Below are positions 1 to 9,100 of a stretch of 25,575 nucleotides of DNA, piece after piece (position 1 is the stretch's first letter; the number at the start of each line of letters is the position of its first letter). The notes under the pieces were generated by a model. It had not been told where the DNA came from and did no database searches. It saw only the letters and a program-made list of their open reading frames with translations. The DNA lies in NCBI GenBank assembly GCA_043800705.1, contig JAZDMS010000008.1, positions 1 through 25,575 of the forward strand. Direction: 5' to 3'. The translations under genes and the position numbers were made by a program. This DNA comes from Candidatus Altiarchaeota archaeon. Its GTDB lineage: Archaea; Altiarchaeota; Altiarchaeia; IMC4; SCGC-AAA252-I15.

Positions 1-141
1 AAAACAGGAAATACTAGGCTGGCAGACGCCAGCCAGCGTCTACAACGACCCAAAGTATTTTAACAAAGGCTACAAAGAAGTACTCAAAAAGCGGACATAA
101 AATCTTTCAACAAAAGCGGACAAAAACTAAGACACTATACA
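1..141 (+). mobile_element. Right end of an insertion sequence (IS481/IS1202-like)
   Basis: Transposase C-terminus, two copies of AAAAGCGGACA (87-97, 112-122) and a terminus ...GACACTATACA at 141 (5'-TGT on the minus strand). Confidence 0.55.
2..100 (+). CDS. C-terminal fragment of an integrase-core (DDE) transposase, IS481/IS3-like; 5' truncated by the window edge
   Basis: Frame 2 reads KQEILGWQTPASVYNDPKYFNKGYKEVLKKRT*. The LG(W/Y)xTPAxVY motif is typical of the end of rve integrase domains. Not in the ORF track. Confidence 0.65.
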   Translation, partial: KQEILGWQTPASVYNDPKYFNKGYKEVLKKRT

Positions 142-168
142 ATTAATTATCCAAATCTATTCCTATAC

Positions 169-603
169 ATGAAACCGGATTCTGTCGAAGGTGCTGACGA
201 AGAAGCACAGCGAAAAAAAAGATTCATGCGAAGATACTTTCCCGTTGTGCTTATTACAGTCATAATCCTCGTGGCTGCTGACGTTTTCATTTCGAAAGGG
301 GGCGGTCAAAAGCTTTTTACAATATTTCTCATACTTTTGATTTTTCTAATGTACTGCTACTTCGAATACTCACGCTGGAAAAGGGGAGTGGGGCGAGTCA
401 GCGGGACACTTATGAGCCTGATGTTCTTTCTTTTGAGCGCCGCTGTTTTCTGGAGAGGGAACGACATCGAAATCATCGGACTGCTCGCATTCTTCGGCCT
501 CTTGGAGCGATACTACAGTTATCGGAGAAAAAAGGACAAAGGGCAGACTCCAGGCCAAGAGCCGGAAGGGAAGCAGCCTCAATCGCCGGTGGGCCCGGGA
601 TAG
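169..603 (+). CDS. Hypothetical integral membrane protein (~4 TM helices)
   Basis: Four hydrophobic segments with charged N- and C-terminal tails; no recognisable motif. Confidence 0.6.
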   Translation: MKPDSVEGADEEAQRKKRFMRRYFPVVLITVIILVAADVFISKGGGQKLFTIFLILLIFLMYCYFEYSRWKRGVGRVSGTLMSLMFFLLSAAVFWRGNDIEIIGLLAFFGLLERYYSYRRKKDKGQTPGQEPEGKQPQSPVGPG

Positions 604-971
604 TGTCCGTCCCCCTTGGCGGGCTTCTCTCCGACGAACTTGCATACGCGGCATAGGCCCCCCTCGCGCCACCATTCTCTGAAGCATACTCCGCAGAGGT
701 AGATGTCGAACGGCTTGATCTTCTTCGGCTTCAGCCTCTTGCAGAACGGGCACTCCGCCGCGGCGGGCTCGCTCGCGCACAGGCTGCAGAAGGTGCGCCT
801 GCACTGGGGGCATTCGTAGAAACCGAGCTTGAATTCCGGCAGCTCCACCTGGTCCTCGTACACGGAGACGACGTCGAACCTGCCGCACTTCTCGCATTCC
901 GCCTTCAGGTGGACCTTCTTCTCCTTGTGCTTCAGGGGCCGTATCCGGTGGGCCTTCTTGCCGAACATCAT
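579..971 (-). CDS. Cys-rich zinc-binding protein (six CxxC pairs)
   Basis: CEKC, CPQC, CSLC, CPFC, CGVC and CRVC in 130 aa; converges on and overlaps the upstream ORF by 25 bp. Confidence 0.75.
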   Translation of the reverse strand: MMFGKKAHRIRPLKHKEKKVHLKAECEKCGRFDVVSVYEDQVELPEFKLGFYECPQCRRTFCSLCASEPAAAECPFCKRLKPKKIKPFDIYLCGVCFREWWREGGLCRVCKFVGEKPAKGDGHYPGPTGD

Positions 972-1138
972 ATATTATTCTGCTTCTTGTTTTAAAATCC
1001 CGGAAAGGGGGAGATTGAGGCGGCCGATGTAATTTCGCCGAAACGCAGGCGGAAGGGAGAAATGGATCCCTTTTAGAAACTGCTTATATTTCTGGCCTCA
1101 GAAGCTATAATGGGGGCTTTGGCTGGATAGGGGATGAT

Positions 1139-2161
1139 ATGATGGCGCTCACACAGGCGGAGTTGGACTTGCATGAAAGTATTGCCGAGGTCCTACATTC
1201 TGTGGACGCCAGTTTCAACACGGTAACGCTGAAAAAGTTCTTTGACTACAGGGGCGTCGAAACCATCTCCGAACTGAGCGAGGAGCAGAAGGTAGAGCTG
1301 GTCGAAGCGCTGATTATCAGGTGCATACAGCACGGGGCCAGCCAGGGGAAGGCGAGCATAATAAGGGTCGAAGTGTTTAGTCTCCTTGGGATAAAAAGGC
1401 TGCCGATCAAGAAGGAGGAAGAGCTGAAAGCCAAGAATATCGACGACTTCAAGGAATTATGGCGGATGACGCACGACTACATACCAAGCCCGAATAAACG
1501 GCTCCTCGAAGAGGACATGAAACTGGAATTCAAGAATATGATCCATGTTTTCCTTGATAAAATAAAGGGCAAGACTGACGCCGAGGCGCCGAAGAAGATG
1601 GTCAAGGGTATGTTCGGGGAGATTGCATCCAGGGCGCTCGCATTCAGCAAGGACAGAGGACACAAGAATTCAGAGGGTTGGGTTGTGCAAAAGAGCCTTT
1701 CGACATACATCAACGAATACGACTCCAGGGAGATGACTCACGAGGTCCTTGGCACGGCCAAGAACAATGCTTCACAGGATCTGAAACAGATCAACTGGGG
1801 GGTTGAGTTCGAGGAGGAGAACAAGGTGGCGGACGAGGTGAGGGAATACGTCAGGGACATGAACCAGGTAATATTGAGGATGATCGAGAACCTCTCAGGA
1901 GCGGACATGCTCGACAAGAAGGAGGCTAAACTGAAGGTGCTCACCGGCCTGATGTCCTATTATTTCGGGGCGATGAGCGAGAAATACCTGGAACGGGAAT
2001 ACGCCAAACTCAACATTTCGCCTTCGGACACCACGAAGACTGAACAGAAGATAAAGCTGATCATGGCAGTGATCTACGACTGCCTCCAAACCTCGCTCGG
2101 GAAGGATGGGGGCGACGCGGTCTCCGCCACAATATCTAAATCGCTGAAACTGGAGGAATGA
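1139..2161 (+). CDS. Hypothetical alpha-helical cytoplasmic protein
   Basis: 340-aa ORF with host-like codon usage; the CBS gene starts 1 bp after its stop. Confidence 0.75.
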   Translation: MMALTQAELDLHESIAEVLHSVDASFNTVTLKKFFDYRGVETISELSEEQKVELVEALIIRCIQHGASQGKASIIRVEVFSLLGIKRLPIKKEEELKAKNIDDFKELWRMTHDYIPSPNKRLLEEDMKLEFKNMIHVFLDKIKGKTDAEAPKKMVKGMFGEIASRALAFSKDRGHKNSEGWVVQKSLSTYINEYDSREMTHEVLGTAKNNASQDLKQINWGVEFEEENKVADEVREYVRDMNQVILRMIENLSGADMLDKKEAKLKVLTGLMSYYFGAMSEKYLEREYAKLNISPSDTTKTEQKIKLIMAVIYDCLQTSLGKDGGDAVSATISKSLKLEE

Positions 2162-2162
2162 A

Positions 2163-2570
2163 ATGGCAGCAACATTGCAGTTAAAGGATGTGAAGTCGAA
2201 GAAGATACCTCACCTGGAAAAGAACATCTCCGCCTATGGCGCCGCCCAGGTAATGATCCGCGACGATGCGACTACCGTTGCCGTATTGGACGGGAACGTG
2301 ATAGCCGGCACGGTCTGTGAGAGAGATATCATCTCGAAGGTCGTGCTGCAGGGCAGGGACCCAAGGACCACGACGCTAGGGGAGATAATGGAAAAGGACG
2401 TACACTACATCGACGCGCAGAAGACGACGGTCGATGCGGCGAGGATGATGCGGGACCTCAGAGTCAGCATGATAATCGTTACCGAAAACAAACAAGCCAG
2501 GGGGACCATAACCGCCATGGATATCGTGGACATGTATCCCGCCCTCCAACTGCGCCTGGGGGGGCAGTAG
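2163..2570 (+). CDS. Stand-alone CBS-pair (Bateman) domain protein
   Basis: GTVCERDIISKVV...TLGEIM...TVDAARMM...GTITAMDI matches the tandem CBS pattern. Confidence 0.9.
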   Translation: MAATLQLKDVKSKKIPHLEKNISAYGAAQVMIRDDATTVAVLDGNVIAGTVCERDIISKVVLQGRDPRTTTLGEIMEKDVHYIDAQKTTVDAARMMRDLRVSMIIVTENKQARGTITAMDIVDMYPALQLRLGGQ

Positions 2571-2579
2571 TGGCAGCAC

Positions 2580-3212
2580 CTATAATAGGCGGTCCGTGAT
2601 CTTGAATTCATCCCATATCCCGTCGCCGTAGACGGTGTCCGAAGGGTCCGGGTCGCCGAAGCTGAAAGATCCAGCATGCGGCATTTTTTGTATTTCGCAC
2701 GAGCGCTTGAATTCCTTGCCGAAAAGTATATCGTAATCGCCTTCCCGTGGTCTGACCTTGAGCACCACCTTGTTCCAGTCGTTCGTGTCGAATCGTCCGA
2801 CGATGGTCTTCCTGTCGCCTTCGCGGCAGACGAGGGTGGTTCCCTCCCCGAGTTCGAGATCGACGTTCCTGTCGCGGTAGACCGTGTAGCCGAAGTTCTG
2901 CCGATGCTGAAGGAGAAGGTAGAATGACACGACATAGTCGCTATCCCAGACCATGGGAAAGTCTGGTGCCTGCGCGGTGACGGAACGCATCATCTGGCTT
3001 CGCATCTCCAATGCCTTGGCCACGCCGAGGTTGGGGTGGTCTACCACCTCCATCGCCCCGCCGCCGGCCCCATCGACGACCCAGTTCCTCAGGCCGCCGG
3101 AGAAGTCCTCGGAGAAAAACACCTTGGCCGGTATCTCCACCGCGGCCGGCCCGTTTTCCTTCATGCAGCCTGCGACAAGTAGGATAAGACAGATTATGAA
3201 CGCGTTTCGCAT
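2580..3212 (-). CDS. Secreted lipoprotein with a probable ConA-like/LamG beta-sandwich
   Basis: Start moved to ATG 3212: MRNAFIICLILLVAG-C lipobox, then FSEDFSGGLRNW, WNKVVLKV and GIWDEFKI, which are typical ConA-like strands. Confidence 0.7.
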   Translation of the reverse strand: MRNAFIICLILLVAGCMKENGPAAVEIPAKVFFSEDFSGGLRNWVVDGAGGGAMEVVDHPNLGVAKALEMRSQMMRSVTAQAPDFPMVWDSDYVVSFYLLLQHRQNFGYTVYRDRNVDLELGEGTTLVCREGDRKTIVGRFDTNDWNKVVLKVRPREGDYDILFGKEFKRSCEIQKMPHAGSFSFGDPDPSDTVYGDGIWDEFKITDRLL

Positions 3213-3315
3213 AATTGGAATTACCCGAGGCAGGATATAAGCCTTAATCCTTTGTCGAGCCACACTCTGGCGGATTATGCGCATATTTTTTATCATGTCC
3301 AATATTCTGAATGCT

Positions 3316-3861
3316 ATGGCAGTGAAGATCGCCTATTTTGTCCATGGGACAACGACAGATAACGAGAGGGAGATATCATCCGGTTGGTCAGATGTAGACT
3401 TGTCCGATTTGGGGATTCGACAATCGATTGAATTAAAAAACAGCATCAAAGAGAGAGAATTTGACGCTGTTTTCTGTTCGGATTTAAAGCGGGCCGTGCA
3501 CTCTGCCAGATTGGTTTTCGGAGGCAAAACGAGGATCATCCAGGATGAAAGGCTGAGGGAGGGCGATTATGGGGAGTATAACGGGCAGCCCTCGGAAATT
3601 GTCGAGCCGATGCAGGAGAAGAACATAACAGCTAGATTTCCCCAAGGCGAAAGCTACGAAGACGTTAAAAAAAGGGTGAAGGATTTTCTCGTCTATTTGA
3701 GGAAAATATATGATGGGAAGTCAGTGGCCATTGTAGCCCATAAGGCTCCGCAGCTGGCGTTAGAGGTCTTGTTGAAAAATAGGACCTGGAAGCAGGCCTT
3801 TGAAGAGGATTGGAGAAAAAAGAAGGCATGGCAACCCGGCTGGGAGTATATCCTCGAATAA
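3316..3861 (+). CDS. Histidine phosphatase (phosphoglycerate mutase-like) family protein
   Basis: FVHGTTTDN (RHG variant), SDLKRA, LREGDYG, GESY and IVAH motifs; start likely ATG 3316. Confidence 0.88.
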   Translation: MAVKIAYFVHGTTTDNEREISSGWSDVDLSDLGIRQSIELKNSIKEREFDAVFCSDLKRAVHSARLVFGGKTRIIQDERLREGDYGEYNGQPSEIVEPMQEKNITARFPQGESYEDVKKRVKDFLVYLRKIYDGKSVAIVAHKAPQLALEVLLKNRTWKQAFEEDWRKKKAWQPGWEYILE

Positions 3862-3875
3862 TCGCTTCTAACTCA

Positions 3876-3897
3876 GCCCCTACATCCTCGAAGGGGC
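3876..3897. terminator. Possible hairpin between the convergent phosphatase and hicA genes
   Basis: GCCCCT-N10-AGGGGC inverted repeat in a 41-bp convergent gap. Confidence 0.25.
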
Positions 3898-3902
3898 AGA
3901 AG

Positions 3903-4124
3903 TCATTTTATGAGTTTGAGGAATTCTTCCTTCGGCAGGCCGGTGCACCGTATTATTGCCAGCAGGGTGCCGGTTTTTAGCTCTTCATGCTTCGGCACAG
4001 GTATGGAATCTGTTGGATTGGTTTTGTGCAGAATGATATGGCTGCCGGATTGCCTTCGTACAGCATATCCAAATTTTGTAAGAGCCTTAACGACATCTTT
4101 CCAGGAGACGACCGGTGTCTTCAC
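3903..4124 (-). CDS. hicA: Type II toxin HicA (mRNA interferase)
   Basis: VVKAL..FGY...RQSGSHIIL...VPKH.ELKTGTL..II motif; 73 aa; GTG start. Confidence 0.93.
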   Translation of the reverse strand: MKTPVVSWKDVVKALTKFGYAVRRQSGSHIILHKTNPTDSIPVPKHEELKTGTLLAIIRCTGLPKEEFLKLIK

Positions 4125-4128
4125 TTTC

Positions 4129-4344
4129 TCAGACGGCCACGGTCTGTATGTCAGGCTTGCCGAGTTTGGATATGTCCACGCCTTCGTCTTTTAGGTATTC
4201 AAGACAGAGGGAGATGGCATCTTTGGCGTTTTCCAAAGCCTCCTTTTTTGTGTCACCTTCGGTGAAACAGTTGGGTATTCCGATAACCTGGACGAAATAA
4301 CCGCCTTCGGGTTGCGGTTGTAGTGCGACCTTGAAACGTCTCAT
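4129..4344 (-). CDS. hicB: Type II antitoxin HicB (short form, no C-terminal DNA-binding domain)
   Basis: EGGYFVQVIGIPNCFTEGDTKKEALENAKDAI signature; start likely ATG 4344; lies directly upstream of hicA. Confidence 0.92.
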   Translation of the reverse strand: MRRFKVALQPQPEGGYFVQVIGIPNCFTEGDTKKEALENAKDAISLCLEYLKDEGVDISKLGKPDIQTVAV

Positions 4345-4375
4345 ATTAGCCAATAAGTAACACCCCAATATAAGC

Positions 4376-6064
4376 CTACATCCTCTCCGGAGCGTCTATG
4401 CCAAGTAGGTCGAGGCCTGTCTTTATAGTGTCCCTGAGTCTGCGGACCAGAAGGAGCCTGCGGCTTCGGACCGTCGGCTCGGAGTCCAGTACGGGGCACC
4501 TCATGTAGAATCGGCCGTAGGCCGCGGTGAGCTCAAGGAGGTAGGATGCGATATGGTCCGGCCTTAAGTGGGCTGCTGCCCCTTCCGTGACGTCCTGGAA
4601 TTGCAGGAGTTTGATTATGAGCTTTTTCTCCTCGTCGACGATTGCGCCGTAGCCGACTTTGGCCGCATCGTCGAGGCATGCTTCCGCCTTCTCCAGTATC
4701 CTGCAGCTTCGCGCATGCGCGTATTGTATGTAGGGGCCGCTTTCGCCTTCGAAGTTGAGTGCGTCCTCCCAGCGGAAGCTTATCTGCTTGTTCGGCGTCG
4801 TCTTGATTATGTGGAACCTGACCGCACCGACGCCGATCAGTTCCGCTGTGTTCTCGTCGCCGATATTCCGTTTTTCGGCTTCAGCCCTCGCCTTGGCCAC
4901 AGCCTCGTCCATGAGCTCGTCGACTGAGGCGATGTCGCCCTTCCGGGTCGAGAACTTCATGCCTTCGAAGCTGACGAAGCTAAAGTGGACGGCTTCGAGG
5001 GGCAAAGTTACGCCGAACACGTTCGTGAGGATAGTCTTCAGCTCCTGGAACTGCAGCTTGTGGTCCTCTCCGAGGACGTTGATTATGCGGTCGCCGAGTT
5101 TCACCTTCTTCAGATGGTATGCGAGGTCGCGGGTTGTGTATACGCTCGTGCCGTCCGCCCTCGCCAGGACAGTCATACCCGCCCTCTTCTCGAGGCCGTA
5201 TCTGCCCAGGTCCAATCCCTCACCAAGCTCGTTTTTCACGTAGTCGGAGGAATCCCTCACCTTCGCGAGCACCTCGTCCACGCCCCCGTCGGCCAATCCA
5301 TCGCTCTCATAGTCGAAGATGTCGAAAACCGCGCCGAGCCGGTCGAATGTCTGCATCTGCCCCTTCAGGCATCTTTTGGCCGCGGAGGTTATCTCCTGGA
5401 GAGATGCCTTGTCGCCTGCCTCGGCCGCCCTTATCATCGACTGCACCCTCGCCTGGAATCCCGCATCCTCCTCGAATAGCCTGTTGGCGGCAACATAGGT
5501 GAAGAAAGTCTCATAGTCCTCCCTGCCCGAGTAGACCCTGTATTTTTCCTTGAGTTCCGGCGCCGGCTGGAGGCCGTCCCTCAGCCCTGCTGCGATTATC
5601 GCCACCTGCTTGCCGACGTCGTTGACGTAGTAATGCGTCTCCACATCGTAGCCGGAGTGCTTCAGCACCCGACGGATGCAGTCCCCGATCACGGTGTTCC
5701 TGATCCGCCCCACATGAACAGGCCCCGTCGGATTGACTGAAGTGTGCTCCAAGATCACCTTGACGCCCTTGCCGGCCTTCTTGGATTCATTTGACAAAAG
5801 CAGCCTCGCCAAGCCCCCGCCGTCCAGGGTGAAATTTACATAGCCCCCGTCGGCGACGGCGGACGAGATTATGCCGCCCGCCGTTATCCTGCCGGCTACC
5901 TCCGCGGATATATCTTCCGGTCTCCTCTTCAGCTTCTTTGCAAGCCTGAACCCGATGGGGCATCCGTAGTCAGCGACCGGCGACTCCCTAACTTCATCGG
6001 CTCCGACATCCTCCCCCGACGCTTTCTTCAGCGTTTCCAGTATCTGGCGCCTGCCCTCGTCCAT
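4376..6064 (-). CDS. argS: Arginine--tRNA ligase
   Basis: EHTSVNPTGPVHVGRIRN (HIGH), YYVNDVGKQ, KFSTRKG (KMSKS), GPYIQYAHAR and C-terminal LLGIDAPERM; start likely ATG 6064. Confidence 0.97.
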   Translation of the reverse strand: MDEGRRQILETLKKASGEDVGADEVRESPVADYGCPIGFRLAKKLKRRPEDISAEVAGRITAGGIISSAVADGGYVNFTLDGGGLARLLLSNESKKAGKGVKVILEHTSVNPTGPVHVGRIRNTVIGDCIRRVLKHSGYDVETHYYVNDVGKQVAIIAAGLRDGLQPAPELKEKYRVYSGREDYETFFTYVAANRLFEEDAGFQARVQSMIRAAEAGDKASLQEITSAAKRCLKGQMQTFDRLGAVFDIFDYESDGLADGGVDEVLAKVRDSSDYVKNELGEGLDLGRYGLEKRAGMTVLARADGTSVYTTRDLAYHLKKVKLGDRIINVLGEDHKLQFQELKTILTNVFGVTLPLEAVHFSFVSFEGMKFSTRKGDIASVDELMDEAVAKARAEAEKRNIGDENTAELIGVGAVRFHIIKTTPNKQISFRWEDALNFEGESGPYIQYAHARSCRILEKAEACLDDAAKVGYGAIVDEEKKLIIKLLQFQDVTEGAAAHLRPDHIASYLLELTAAYGRFYMRCPVLDSEPTVRSRRLLLVRRLRDTIKTGLDLLGIDAPERM

Positions 6065-6084
6065 GCTGAATATTATCCCAGGGG

Positions 6085-6096
6085 GAGTATTTAACA
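6085..6096. promoter_or_regulatory. Putative TATA element in the 60-bp divergent argS / giant-protein gap
   Basis: TATTTAA at 6088-6094 (TTAAATA on the minus strand), ~24-30 nt from both start codons. Confidence 0.4.
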
Positions 6097-6124
6097 CGCC
6101 AAAAACAATATCCAATGTACGCGG

Positions 6125-9100
6125 ATGGACCTGATCGGGGGAGTTAAAAGGGGATTGTTGGAGAGACAGGCGGAATATAACTTCTCAAGCAGCAACTATG
6201 AGGCCGCCGCAGAAGAATACGAGCGCCTCCTGAAGATTGTCGAGGGGGCAAAGGATGCGGACCGGGTCATGGCCATCGAAGAGAGGCTCGGCGACTGCTA
6301 TGAGAAGTTCAACCACCAGTCGCATGAGGAACGGATCAAAGACCATAAAAAAGCCTGCGAACACTACCTGAAGGCCGCTGACAAGCACCGCAACAGGGGG
6401 GAATACGAGAAGGCGGGGCTTCTCTTCGAAAAGAGCGCCAAAGCCTTCGAGGAATTCGACGCCAACAAGGAGGCCGGCGACTTCTACAAGCAATCTGCCA
6501 CGATGTTCTCCAAGGTGGGGGACTATGTCAACGCGAGCTACGCCTACCATTCCGCAGCGGAAAGATACGAGATGGAGGGGGAAAACGCGAAGGCTGCGTC
6601 AACATACCAGGAATCGGCACTCTCAGACATGCGGGTCAAGGACAACACCAGCGCGAGCGACAGCTTCAAAAAAGCCGCAGCCAGCTTCGAGAAGATAAGG
6701 GAATGGGACAAGGCCATAGACTCCTACGCAAGCTCAGTAGGGATAGACACGATGAGCAGAAGATTCCTCGAAGTCGCGGACACCTACGAGAAGATGGCGA
6801 ACGTATTCTACGAGATGAACGACCAGGAGAAGGCCGTATACTACCACCTAAAATCCGCCGACCTCAGGTTGGTGAACGACGACCCCAGGAGCGCAGCCAA
6901 CTGCATGCGCGAAGCCGGCACCGTCTACGAACACGGCGGGGACTACGATAAAGCCATAGAATACTACCTGAAGTCGGCAAAGACATTCTTCAACTCCAAC
7001 ACGCCCGCCCAGGAGGCGTTCTCCTATTCCAAGGCGGCGAGTATATACGAGATGAGGGGGGAATACGAAGCCTCGGGCAACTACTACCTGGAAGCGGCGA
7101 AATCAAACAAGGCAGGACAGAACGACTCCCAAGCAAAAGACACCTACATGAAGGCAGCCCAGATGTTCAGCAAAGCCTCCGAGAAAAATGACCAGGACAG
7201 GATGAAGGCCGCCGATTTCCACCTGAAGGCAGCCTCGTCCTATAGCGAAATAGAGGAATACGACAAGGCTGCGGACGAATACAACAGCTACGCCAACATC
7301 TTCCACGAGGCCAAAGACATAGACAATGCCAACGAGGGGTACAACAGGGCTGCACAGGAATACGTGAAAGGGGGCAGGATTTGGGAGGCTGCTGAGGCGT
7401 ACACCAACAGAAAGGACTATGAAAAGGCGGCGGAACTCTACGACAAATACGCCAACTCAAAGATTGAATCAAGAGACAACTTCGGGGCTGGCTTAGGCTT
7501 CATGGAGGGTGGAAACTGCCAAAGGAGGCTGAAAATCGACAGCAGTGCAAAGGCTAAATTCGACCGCGCAGCCTCATACTTCGCAAAATTTATCGAAGAG
7601 GCGAAGAACAAGGACCAGACGAGCGAACACACCCTCCTTCTCGCAGATGCATACAGGAAGATAGGGGAATGCAATGAAGGCCAAAACGAACTGATACTCG
7701 CGAAGCAGCACTACGAGAAGGCCGAGGAATACTACGACAGGGCCGGCGACAAGGAAAAGCGAGAGCTGACCATGGGACTGAGGCTCAAGGTGGATGGCAT
7801 CAAAGCCATCGACCACGGCTACTACCCCAAGGCCGAGGAGCTGCTAACCCAGTCAAAGGAAATCCTCCAGGCCAATGCAAAAAACGGAACGTGGAAGACA
7901 GAGTACTCGAGGATACTCCAGGACGGGGCGGACGAAGCACTGCAACTGATAGAGAAGATCATGCTGAAGCCCGAGATAATCCTCGACATAGACAGGTATA
8001 CGTACACGTTCGCAGACATGCCGGTGATGCTGAACGTCAAGCTCACAAACGACGGGAAATACACGATGAAGCAGATAACTTTCCTCGAACACCTCCCGGA
8101 AGAGATCAAGCTCATGAAGCTGCCGGACAGCATCCCCGAACTCAAGCCCACCAACTCCAAGAACACATACATAGAACTGACGCCGAAGAAGACCGGCCTC
8201 TTCAGGGTGAAGCCCATCGAGATATACTACGAGGACCAGAAAGCGCACAAATACGTGAAGGCAAGCAATGAAGTCGCCTTGGAAGTCGTTGAAAAGCCCC
8301 TCACGGACTTCAAGAACTACATCAACTCCGTAGAAATATTCCACAGATACGCCCAATCGCAGGAGAACAACAATAACTGGTTCCAGGCAGGCGACGGATA
8401 CATGCAGATGGCGAGGATATACAGCAGGTTCAGAAGCGACGAGACCCGGACGGGATACTACAAAAAAGCCGTCGAAAACTACAAAAAATACTTCGAAGAG
8501 AACAAAAACGACGAAGAAAAGGAGGACAATACCCTGGCAAAACGCCTCGGCGACTCATACTGGCACACCGGCGAAGGGCTCATGGACATCGGCCAGCTGG
8601 ACGACGCAATAAGGGCGTATGACGACTCGAGGAGGGTATACACAAAATGCGGGATTGAAAACCTCGCCTACCGCTCAAGCGCCCTAAAACTCAAGGTCGA
8701 AGGCATAGAGGCCGTCAAACGCGGGGATTACACGACCGCTCAGGGCAAGTTCAACGAGGCGCTCGCCTTCTTCAACGACGTCATCAGAAGCGGCGGATTC
8801 GACGAAGAGATGCTCAGGTTCCTGGAGAAGAACGAAGACGACGTGAAGAGCATGATTAAGACCCTACAGCTCAAACCCCAGATAAGCGTAAACATCACAT
8901 GCCCCGAGAAGGTGACTGTGGGTTTGCCGGTCACCCTGAATGCCAGCATATACAACAGCCTCGACTTCACGGTAAAGTCCGTCAAGCCGATGCCAAATAT
9001 AATCGAGGGCGTAGAGGTCGCCGAGACCACGACAGACATCAAGGAGATCAAGCCGCAGGAGAACGCGAACGCTACCTTCAAGCTCGTATTCACGAGGCCT

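Noticed and set aside
17-34. GGCTGGC-AGAC-GCCAGCC hairpin as a terminator
   Set aside because: It lies inside the putative transposase reading frame and has no T-tract.
370-897. 175-aa Arg-rich minus-strand ORF
   Set aside because: Alternative frame of the Zn-finger gene; its composition is typical of a spurious GC-rich frame.
5690-5750. HVGR instead of HIGH in ArgRS
   Set aside because: To my knowledge a variant seen in other archaeal ArgRS enzymes; the rest of the protein is canonical.
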